From: Camelus ferus
Taxonomy: Eukaryota
Assembly: GCF_009834535.1 (NCBI RefSeq)
Contig: NC_045697.1
Coordinates: 91,576,001-91,640,000, forward strand
Reading direction: 5' to 3'
Length of the DNA: 64,000 nt
Below the pieces are notes generated by a model. That model did not search any database, was not told where the DNA came from, and saw only the letters and a list, made by a program, of their open reading frames with translations. Position numbers and translations under genes: made by a program. The stretch's first letter is position 1. Each line of letters opens with the position of its first letter. Shown here piece after piece: positions 13,755-25,400 of this stretch.

Positions 13755-14240
13755 TGTTAGGTCATGCCACACCTGTGCTCAGCAATACGAAAGGCTTGCC
13801 ATCTCAATCATTTATTTCTCAGACCTCATGTGTAATTAGTCTTCCTCTCATAGTCTCCATTCCAGCTTCATCAACTCCACTGTTATCCAAATATGATTAG
13901 CACTGTCTTGCTGCAAGATCTTTGTTCTCACTAGTAATGCTATCTAAAACACACATTTCCCTGGATGTCTGTGGGACTAGTTTCCTCATCTGAATTTAAA
14001 CGTCTGCTTAACACACAGGCTTTCTCTGACTGTGTCATATAAAATAGCAACTTCTTGCTCATTCTTTATTTTGCTTACTCTGATTTACTTTTGTTTTAGC
14101 ACTTATTGCCACCTAGCATATTAAACATATTTTAATGTATGTATATTCCCCTCATTCAAGTATGACCTCCAAGTGAGATATTCCTCAGGATCATGCCTGA
14201 CAAAGTAGGAACTTGACATATTTCTTGAATAATTGAACAT
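13755..14240 (+). mobile_element. L2 3' end
   Basis: Ends TGCCTGACAAAGTAGGAACTTGACATATTTCTTGAATAATTGAA, the L2 tail pattern. Confidence 0.6.
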
Positions 14241-14800
14241 GTAGCAGATAGAAACTTTGCTTTTATAACAGGGGTAAAGAAATATTACATTTCATTATTT
14301 ATCTAAAACAGATAATCTATTCCCAGACCACACATACCTTGTTGACAGGATACTCTGTATCAATCATGTTTCAAGTGTCTTTTCACTTTTCCTGGGATGC
14401 TTTAAGAATTCTGGGAGTCTTGCTTAGTGCAAAATATTTTTGGAAGGAAGGGTCCTCTCTTCTTTCATCTACACTGGTTACCATTATTAATTTTATAGTA
14501 CAAACCACAATATTCCCTTGAACTCATGACTCCACTGCTTCTTGTCCAAGTTTGGACACAGAAATCTTTTATTCTCTTTGTGGTCATTCTCCTCAAATTT
14601 CCATCCCACCCAGTCAAAGGCTCTGTCACATCCCAGGGCTCTGCATAGGAGTGAGGCATGAGTTCTCTACCTCCATACAAAATCTTTTAATTCCCTAAAT
14701 CTCTCTCTATAGTTCTCATTCAGAAAACTCTCCAAGCACTCCCTTTTTTACAAATTGAACACTTCAGTGCCTCTGAGCCTAGTCTTACCTATCTTTCCAT

Positions 14801-14817
14801 ACACACACACACACACA
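14801..14817. repeat. (CA)n microsatellite
   Basis: ACACACACACACACACA read directly. Confidence 0.9.
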
Positions 14818-17374
14818 ACTGGATGTGTTGATTGAATTCTAGGTTCCTGGTAACTTCTGCTTTAGGCCCTGCAGTGCAAGAGTGAAGAAGTTCAAAACTG
14901 TATCATATAGCCTGACCATATTTTGGTTAGTGGGGAAGGAAATTACCACATTTTTTTTTTCAGTTTTCTCTCACAGAGTGGACAAATCTAAATTAGTGTC
15001 CAATAGAGTAATTTGCCCAAACATGAGTGAATTAAATCGTTTTTCTTAGAACATGCCCACATCCCATCCAACCTTCAATGTTCTTGTTCTGTTGCTAGTA
15101 AACTCTCTTCCCCCAAATTTTGTAAGCTTTATTTCTGTATATCTTTCTTACTGCATTTTATCATTTTTGCATTTTGATTTATCTATTCAGTTATCTCTCA
15201 ACTAAACTGTGAGCTTCTTGGGAACGTGATTAGTGCCTAATTTGCTTTTTCCCCACTGCAGTATAAGCTAAATGCTTTGTTTCAATAGGCCCTAGAAATA
15301 ATTTTGAATAAATGAAAATAATTTAATTAATGATGATCTGTTTCCTAATGAAGATTTTAGTGCAATAGCTACAACAAATATCATAATAAGGCTAAAGGCT
15401 GATTGTAAGTTAAGAGTTGCTGAAAATACTTCCCCTAGACTTACACAAATAATGAGAAGATAAACGGAGAGTTTCCCTCCATTAATAACACTTTCATAAT
15501 GTTTTAAAAGAACAAACAATATTAAGAGAAGTAAGCATTGCTTATATTGACTATATAGTGGCCCTCTCAGAGTTAAGCTGTGTGATATTAGTCTTGCCAC
15601 CTTGTTCTGACCATATATTTGCCACACTGATCTGATATCATTACCAATAAATGAACACAACCAAGGACAGTAAACATTATCAATCATAAACTTTCTAGTA
15701 AATAATGAAACTTAATGCCTTAACCTTGCTGAGATATATTAAGATATAAATAATGTTCAAAATGTATTTTTGTTTTAAATTTTTTAAAATGAAGGCAGTC
15801 TTGATCCTAATTCTTATTGCAGCATGCTGTTGAGTCCCTGCATGCTGCTCTTTACCAAACAGGTATTTGACTCAATTATTTAATTTTTTAACATTTTTCA
15901 ATTCTGCAGGGATGTGACCATTTGTTAGAGAGGGTGGTAATTCTTCCTGTCCTATAAAAACTTTGTTTGAGTGTTTTTTTTCTTTTTTACCATGTGTTTA
16001 CAATAAAATTGGTGCAGTAAAATTTCTAATAGGTATTACAGAAAATGGAATATATTGGTTATACTAGTAAATATTTCTAATTACTAGAGTTTCAGATAAA
16101 GTTTTATCGTGAAAGAATTACATTTAAGTGGTTGTGAAGTTGGAGTAAACTTTTTCTGGAGCATGTGCAGAAAATTCTAGAAGAATTTTATTTCAAAAGA
16201 TGAGAAAGAAAGCTGGATGCCAGAGGCCCTTTTGCTAGTCAATAATTAGAATAGGTTAGAACTGTTGAATAATGTTCAGCATCAAATCTTGTATTCCATG
16301 GGACATGTAGATTGGTATGTGTAAATCAGAGAGGTTTGATGTTGTGTAAAAAAAAATTCTACACTAAAGTCCCATAGTTTGAGTCAGAACTGGAGCATAT
16401 TTGTTACTCTAGATTTTATTTAAAACTGTATGTAGACTCAGGAAGAAAAAGCAAGTATGTGACATGGAAAGAAAGACCTTTTATCTAGAAGCCTAAAATA
16501 ATTTAAAGTTATCTTGTATTTTTTGGGAATATTGGGAGTCCTTCAGAAATATTTTCCAAGTTAAAAGTGATCAACTAATAATTTCAAGTTGGCTTCAGAA
16601 GAGTAAACAAGAGTGAATGGGCTTTATAGCTCAGATGTATTTGTGTGCAAATTATGACAATTCCTTCTGTATATCTTCCTCTTTAAGTACATAGTATAAA
16701 GCTGCAAATCATGAATAGGCATTTAGTATTGAATGTATTCTATCCAAATATGAAAATATGTCTCTGTTCTCTAAGTTTTTATAAAAAATGTTACCATATT
16801 ATAGCCTCCCTCCAACTCAGATTCACATAGGACAAAAAAATCAATTGGGTGCTTTGAAATGACCTGTTTTTCTTTCTCTGAGCTCATGGCTTCATATAAA
16901 CATAGGTTGCAAGACTTTCAGAAATGCATGAGTACTTCAATTCTTCAGGGATTAGAAGTTTTTAATAATTATTTTACCTTCTTTTTGTTCTTTAACAGAT
17001 GTTTTCTTTTTATTATTCATCTGTCCCTTTTGTTTTAAATTATGTATTTTTAAATTTCCTGTACTAATCTTGAGCTTTTCAGCTAAGATTTTCTAAAAAA
17101 CTCCAAAAAAAGCAAGACAAAAATATTAACATATATTTAATTGTAATTGTTTATTGGATATTCAAGCACTTGGAGGCAACTTTGAAAATTGTTTACAAAA
17201 ATCTCCATGCCTATTTACAAAAGTAATCAATGATAAGGAAGTATTTGCACCAGAGGGAACATTGTTAATTTTGTTTTACAAGCACATATAAACAAATGTT
17301 ATATACCACACTATTTGCAGGATACTGTACAAAAAATTCTTAGTATATACTAAGTATCCCATAAATGATAATAT

Positions 17375-17535
17375 TTCATATTTATTGAACACCTACTACT
17401 TGCCAAGTAGTTTATAAGCATTTTCTCATAGTTCCTCATAAAAACCTTATCAGGTGAGTGTTATCATCCCTATTTTATAGATGAGGAAACTGAGGTTCAA
17501 AGAAGTTACATAATTTGACCAAGGTCAAAGAACTG
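17375..17535 (-). mobile_element. MIR SINE
   Basis: ATCCCTATTTTATAGATGAGGAAACTGAGGTTC...TTTGACCAAGGTCA. Confidence 0.8.
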
Positions 17536-17726
17536 ATAAACATAATGAATAAAATATTAATGCCTGTAACTATGTATACAGTTTGCCTGAAATTCACTTC
17601 TCAGGAACTGAATTTGTTCATTGTGAAACAAAATTTTAAATACCAAGATCTCTAGTTTTAGTAAAATTATATTATAATACCATAAGAGAGATCCACACAT
17701 TTCAGCTGCTTATAATCTGGAAACAC

Positions 17727-17875
17727 ATGATTGTGAAGTAAATGTAATGATGAGTACCAGGCTAGGTTCCACCACAGGTTCCAGGAGTCCTACTGGGCCA
17801 CCGGATTCCATCCCTATCCTGGCTATTGCTGGTATCATATAGCAACAATTGTTTGTGTCAATTTAATTATTCGGG
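17727..17875 (+). pseudogene. Candidate degenerate first exon of the C4orf33-like gene (hydrophobic segment, frame-disrupted)
   Basis: ATG at 17727 and donor G|GTGAGG at 17876 give 149 nt (phase 2), the phase the next exon needs, but that frame has 5 stops. Other frames give IPILAIAGII* (TAG at 17840-17842) and IATIVCVNLIIR, which adjoin across an apparent frameshift. Confidence 0.35.
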
Positions 17876-19439
17876 GTGAGGCTTCAGATCTTGTGGCTTT
17901 TTGGGATATTCCAGTTAATTGGCACCCTTTCCTTGGCCTAATCCAGGGAGACTGGCCACAAGAATACTGCAGAAACCACCTTCTGCCTGTTGTTTTCCCA
18001 GATAGCTTTGCCCTATGATCTCATCTTCTTTGCTTCACACCTTCTCTGTGTCATCACTGTATTTCTCCTCCTTCTCTCCCACATATAGCAGAACATAAAA
18101 CTTTAGCCTGCTTTCATTTGAGCAGGGAGGATGGCTAGGGAGAGGAGAAAACCCAGCAGCCAATCCTTACTCAATCCTATACTCAAATTTGCTTTGGGGG
18201 TTGAAGGTGTTAAGACAGGATTTTTCAGTTCTTGAAAATTAGGAAACAAACAAAAAGTCTTCTTTTAATACAAAATCTTGAATTTTAAATAATCATGGCA
18301 TTCACTAATACTTTTATTTTCCTTTATGTAGTCTTAATATATTTTTGATTTAATATATTGACCACCTTTCATTTATATTACCATTACACATTGTTAGCTG
18401 GCTCACTTGAATAGGGGAGGGGGAAAAGCTTGTTGTCTTGGAGAATGTTTTTGCCATTTCTGTGTAACCCATATTTAACTTCTAGAACATTAATTATATT
18501 TGCAGCGAGGCGAACAGAAAGTGTTAGAAGGGCAGTCAAACTTCATGTATTAGGGATTAGCTGGTGGCCTTTGAGAGTGCAGAGAATGCACAATTATGTT
18601 GTGTATTGCATGTTACTTTTCATTAATGCCTTTGAAGCAGCCCTAACGATGCTGAACAGATGATTGTATCTCCTTTAAACTTTTCCTCTTTTCCCCCTCC
18701 AATTAACCCCATGCTTCAAGTCACAAAGTATTTCACTGCCTATTATTGCAAAAGCATTTTAACTAGTAATTCCAATGGGACAGGTCACTTTTAGTGGCTC
18801 TCAATTGTACTTCTTGAAACTTATAATAGCACCGTAGCCCTGTGGTAATAGCTGATGAAATAATGGAATTCTAAATAGTTATCCAGCAATTTGATCCAGA
18901 AATATAATTATATATACAAAAACAAATCCATTTCAATTTAATGCAGGGTAGTTGGTATATACTTTTATATACACTTTTATATATGTTGCAGAAGTCTTTG
19001 TTAAAACATATAAATACATTCATGAATGTAAGTAAATTTAACAGTTATCCCAGCTGAACCCTGACAATTTGCTAGAATTATTTTTTTATAATTAATATAT
19101 ACTCATAACTTAAAGCTTGGATGTTGGACTCTCACCATCAAGTAATTCCTGAAATGGCACTTAGAACCATTTGCTCACAGTATTTTTCTAGGACATTGTT
19201 TCTTACTGCTTTTTGCCACTAGATGGAAGAAGCAGGTTAACAAAATGATATTTTTGGTGCTTTATTCAACTCTACCCAGAAACAACCACAAGACTGTGTT
19301 TAAAATAATGACAGTCTCAGCATTCTTTTATTTATATATTTTTACTGCCATATTTCTTTTCATATAAATACTGGATGTACAAATTATATTTATTTCTGTA
19401 TTTTTTATGGGGATTAATTTTCTTATCATTATTTTAAAG

Positions 19440-19497
19440 GACTGAAATTTTCAAAAGTAACCAAGAAAGAGAACAACTGCCAGCTGGAAGAGGAGAG
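19440..19497 (+). CDS. C4orf33-like: Putative exon encoding the N-terminal extension ([19 protein letters not shown])
   Basis: Pyrimidine-rich tract then TTTTAAAG|G acceptor; strong donor GAG|GTAAGA; 58 bp; open in the frame that joins exon 24973 in phase 0. No homology recognised, so support is structural only. Confidence 0.6.
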
Positions 19498-22400
19498 GTA
19501 AGAATTATATAAAAATATTGGTAACAGGTACGTTGCAGAGTGATTTTTCACGTGTTATTATGCAATAAATAACAAGCCTCATTCGTTTAATTATTCTTTT
19601 GTGCCACAAGTGCTTGCTGAGCAGTTGGCACCTTGAAGATACTAGACTAGATGAGAAGCACACAAGGGATGACTTAGGTACAGCAACTGTTTATAAAATT
19701 TTTACATTCTGTGAGAGCTAAGCAAGATGTAAGTCACATTGATTTATGCGTACATTTAAAATAAGGTAGAAATGGATACATATTAGAAATACAGTTGTAA
19801 TATTTTGGACATATAGAGTGGGTGGGGAGAGTGAGCTTAGAGTATCACTTTCATCTGAGAAAATCAGGGATCACTTCATGGAGAAACTAGAATTTAAATG
19901 AAGCCTTGACTTGGGAGGGGCAGAGAATGGCATTCTGGTGATAGAGGCAGAATGAAAAAAGGCACAGAGGCAGGAAATACCAGTTTAAAAACATATTTAA
20001 TGATGAAAGGACAGTGCATTTTAAAAAGCAATTTAAATATTTGTGTGGATAGAACACTGTAAAATGTATTTTTTGGGCAAATATTAGCAGTAAGAAGTGT
20101 CTTTACAAGCTAAAGCACCAGGTAAGGGAGAAGCGTGGGTATTCTGGAAAAGTAAAGCTTCCGCTTGGAAACATCAGATCGCTCAGGTGAAATAACCTGG
20201 AAATGGGAATACTAGCATCCATCTGATGCCAGTGTTGTAGCAAATGTAAGCTTACTGGGCACGTGGGTCTGTAAGTTGATGGGAAGACTCCGTAAAAGAA
20301 TGATGAATTCTGAATTATGAGGGCAGCTGCCTGTGGCTTCTATGCCCCTTCAGGCCTCTACACATGTGGGAAAGGCAACTAATGTGGTAAACAGTGTTAT
20401 TTGACTCCAATAAAACAGTGTTTAATCTTTAAAACAACACATAGTACCAGTACCTTCATACCTTGTGGTTTATTGATACGAATGATCAAAGAGTTCCATT
20501 CCAGCTGCTGAAGGCAATGAGCTTGAACCCTGGTATTATGAGTGGCTATAAAATTATCCAGCTTTTAAATCCAACCACAGAATTTGATTTTATGACCTCC
20601 TATGGAACTGTAGCTACAGGTTAACTAAAGGTTATGAAGTAATATTTCCTTTTTATGATTCTGAATTCACTGCCTTGTAATTTCAGAGATCACCTTGTTC
20701 TACAGCGGGACAAGCTTTATGGTGTTTTAATTTTGTACAGTTCAGTGAAGATCTTGCAACTTTTTATTTTCCAGATTCAGATTCTGTATTATTTTGATAA
20801 TATTATTTGTATCTAGATCATCACTATTTTAATTGCTAAAAATGTGTGTAGGAGATCTTATATAATTTTAAGCCTTATTTTCTTATTTTGTTCTATGCCT
20901 TTCTTATAAGTAAAGCATAATTAAAATTTAAAATTAAATAGTGTTTTATATCTTGAGAGTAAAAATGTTATACATTTAAGTCCTATCTAAATTTGATAAA
21001 TGTGTGTCAGTACATAGGATTACTAGATTACCTAGTATATATGTACATGTATGCTTTTATATATTTATATTTCAGATGTTTAAATTTAGATTATGAACAG
21101 CCTCACCATTTTGTTCTACAGAGCAACTTTGCAGTAATAGCTAAATACATGCATATTTTCCCAGATTCAAAATAACAATCTCAGTGATTTTAATAAACAT
21201 ATAAAATATTAACTATGTTTAGATCTTATTACGTAAAGCTAAAAATTTTATTGTTTTTGACACTTCATATACTTTATAAAACATAAGCTGAGTCCCCTAC
21301 AAGGAGAATGACATCAGTTTGATTTTATAACTTTTTTGCCCATCTACAGTTAAATCTTAAAAAAAGAGTCATAACTCAGTGGTAGTATTAGATCTAAAAA
21401 AAATATGTCTTCAAAGGTATTTATCAGAAGGATAAAAAATGGCTATAGAGGCCTATGTAAGTTATTGGCTCTCTTTTAGGGCTTTGTCTGCATAGGCAAG
21501 GTAGAGAATAGAGGTACTTATTTAACAAGAGCTGGGTATAAATTTTAAGCCCTGTAATTGAAGAAATGATACAGTAAGCAGTTTGTAGTGTGGTTACCCA
21601 GACTGTGTATTTACATTGATTCTATCGACGCAACGTAATTGCATTAACTCTCTGTAACTCTTTACCCTTACAGATGTGGGTAAGGAATCTAGAAATAAAA
21701 TTCTCTAATCTTTGATACAACCTGGTCCTACCTTTAATACAGCTTGGTTTCCTATTATTATCACTTGAAAATTTTTGGTGATTTTTCTATAGAGACTTTT
21801 TAAAAAGAAATTTAACAAGAAAAGTTTATATAGCTGAATAAAACATGCCCATTAAAAGTGTTACTTGGTCTTTTATTGACTTTTAGAAGTTTATTTCTTC
21901 CAGTTTGAAAAATGTAGGAGTCTTTCAAGTGTCATAGCATTTGGGGCCAAAAAACATCTCTCTGTTACTACAGGTAGTGTAATATTCCTTTGTGGAAGCC
22001 TGATTAAAACAAAATAAAACAAAGCTCATCAGTCCAAATTCTGTCCTTGGTGGTGCTGGCATCAGTGGGAATTTAATAAATTTAACAGAAAGCAGACTTT
22101 AAGCAGCTGAGAATTTGGTAAACATCAAGCTGTTTTAGAAAGAGGAGGGGCTACATCTTAATTATATCAATAGTTGAGCATAAGGATATCTAAAACTGTT
22201 GTGTATGGTATTGTGGGGTTTTGTTTTGTTTTGTTTTTTGCATTTAAGATTTTTTTTAATAAATATCTCACTTCAGAAGTTTCATACCGGACAGTATTTG
22301 AATACTAGAATAAAAAGCGTGATTCTTGTCTATGCATATTAACTTTATTTCGTCCTATAAATTTTCTTGTTGGCATTTGATATTTCTAAACTATACAACA

Positions 22401-25400
22401 AAACAACTAAAATTTCCTACAAAATTATGATAACTTTGATATTTTGAAATTTTACTAAAGATGTTATTTTTATTGAAATTTGCAAAGTGCCAGAAGAATG
22501 CCTTTGACTATTTTGGGATATTAGAAAAAAATGTGATCTATTTATAAGAAAAGAAAAAAAAATCCTTAAACATAATACATTAAAAAAATTGCTCCAACTC
22601 TTTTTCTAAGCAAAAGTAGCTCAGAGCTACACGTAATTTGAGAATATTTAAGAAAAAAAGAGTTATCATCCCAGTGAGCATATGGAGTTTTAAACTTTTG
22701 TGCAGATTAAATTTCTTTTGCTTCTATGATGGGGTAGTTTTCTAAATGGCTGTTTAAACATATAGCATTCAGTGCTTATAGTAATTTATTCCTGGCTCCA
22801 AATTTTCCTTTCTTTCCTTCAGTCAGAATCACTTTGGTTAATTTTCTTTGCATAATGAGAAATGAATAATTGAGAAAGCCTGAGTGTTTCTAATACTGGG
22901 AGATTCAAGAAGTATTATGTTGTAGATAAGGAATAAAGAGTTCCATTGTTACTTGAATTGAGTTCAGTTGTATTCTTTAAGATCCTTTTCTCTTACAAAC
23001 ATTTCACAGAATCATTTGAAATAAAGATTATAACTTTGAAAATAAAAGCTTACCATTGTAATTAGAGAAAATTGGAATAGAAAAATAAATTTTGAATAAG
23101 ACTTCAAATTTCTTAGAGTATTTTTTTCTTCTATACATCCTTCAGAGTAATTCTTCTGAAACATAAACCTCATCAGTAAATTCTCTGTTTGAAACCTGAC
23201 ATCAGTTCTACATGACTTCAGCATAAACTTTAATGTTCACTCTCAGTATCTGCACCCCCTCCCACCAGTGTCATTTCTCTCACTATATCCCCCACCTCCC
23301 ACCACGCACCTTACATTCCGTTTATATCTGATCTCCCGTCTCCTTTCAGCTTTCACATGGCTGTGTGCTTGCGATTAAGCAATTTCCTCCATTTATAATA
23401 CATTTGTTTCCTTTCCTCTCCTATTCCTACACATCTTTCAATTGTAACTTCTGTGAGGTCTTTGCATACACGCTCTACTCTTCCATTTCCCGCTGTCAGA
23501 ACTAGAGGCTCCCTGCTCTGTGCTTGCACACTTCTATTAAAGCACTTTCACAGTTTTCTCATTAGTTGTTCACAGTTTTCTTTTACACTAGATTGTGAGT
23601 TACCTAAGTGCAAGGGAAGTGTCTTGTTTCCATAGTTCAAACGTCTAGCACAGAAAAGGCAGATAGTGGTTACACAAGAAATACTTGTTTTATTAATTGA
23701 TTTACAATAAGCATTTAATGAGTACCCAGGTAAGAGCAGCATTCTAATACATTTTGGGGGATAGTCAGACGCTAGCATGGGATGTGAATAAATGCTGAAT
23801 GATTGTCGTCATTATTTTCAGTTCTCAAAAAGCTTGAAATTGAAGTAGGCAAGATAAACATCCAGAATAAACTATCCAAGATAGGTATATTCAACATATG
23901 CATTTTCCTTTCTTGTGCAACCTTAAGTCCCAAGAAGCATTTTCCAACTACTGCAACCTATATTTATCTCCATGTTTCTATTACTTTTCTGTGTTATTTA
24001 GTCAGGTTCTAAATCTATGCTTCACTCACTGTTCATTAGTTTTTGGATGTACATTTTGTCTTTCTTTCTGATTATAAAGATTATATGGTCTTTTAGGCAG
24101 GACAGGGGTTACATTGTCTACTTTGAACTTTATCTGCAGAACCTAGTGAGAAGTGGCATACATAGTACGTCCTCACTGATTATTTGTGGAATGTGTAGGG
24201 GTACAGAATGAATCTCCTCAGAATGTGTCACTTTTGTATGAAGATTATTTTGAGCTGGGGTTAGTCAAGTCCCTGCAAGTTCAAGAGAAAATATTGCCTC
24301 TCCCTTAATTATCTAAAAGAAATTAAATTGGAAATTTTTCCCAGAAAAGAGTTATTACCAGAGATAAATTTTATCTAAGTGGCCACATGTATATGGCAGG
24401 GCAAACATCTGACTACCAAACTTTTCTTAACATCCAGTGAATAACCCTCCTATCCTTGGAAACCTGGGGCCCCATCCCATCCTCTAGCTCAGTTTGGCAT
24501 CTTTACCTCATTTTACCTTTCTGTCTTCAAATCTCTCATGTAGGTAGAGTTCCTGTATGTGCCAAATTAAATTTTATTTTCTCCTGTTAATGTCTCATGT
24601 CAATTTAATTCTTAGACCAGCCAGAAGAACCTAAAAGTGTAGAAGAAAGTTTTCTTCCTCCCCAACAAATGAATAAAAGCAAATTCACATCATTAAACAC
24701 TGTAAATACTACAAAAATAAATGCACCTGTGTATTAAGTCACAAAAAGCAATTCCTCTAAATATTTTTGTATGAATTTTGCTATGGCTGAATACCACACA
24801 AAAACGTTTTACTGCAATTAATAGAAATCTTTAATATGTAATGGGATGTTGATTGCCTTGAGGATATTAGTAAAAGATGTTATTTCAGTTTAATTTGATC
24901 AAGACCAGGGGAGCAAGAAAAACATTGCTTCACTTATATCATGGCATTTGCTCTTCTGTTTCATTTTGACAGTTGGAATATAGAATTACCACCACGTGGG
25001 ACAGTTTACCAGTGCTGCAAAGGCCTATGACTCCCAAGTTTAGATCTGGGGTCCAAGGCTTACTGATGGACTTGAATGCTCCTTTCTTTGATGATCCCCC
25101 AGCACCACATCATGAAGCAGGACAACCTTTTGATGGACTCTGGAAGTATGAAGGTGAGACATTTCCTATTTTGAGTGCCAAAGCTGAGAGAAAGAGCAGA
25201 TTTTGTGATATATGGTAGTGTTCTCTTATAATATCTATTCATCTTCTCAGAGTTTCCAAATACCTCATGCTCCACATCCTGAATATCTGAAAATTCAATG
25301 ACATAGAAAGATGGTGTCAAAAATTGTATGACCTGGAATTAGAGATTTTGGAGTGAACAGTCTATATCTGATAGGCACTTAAGAAAATTACTTGTGAAAC

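Noticed and set aside
15292..15687. 131-aa hydrophobic minus-strand ORF
   Set aside because: Composition reflects AT-rich DNA, it ends in an L2 tail, and no family motif is recognisable.
24973..25218. 81-aa ORF as a standalone gene
   Set aside because: It begins with TTG directly after a splice acceptor, and homology stops at the GT donor at 25154; the remainder is intron read-through.
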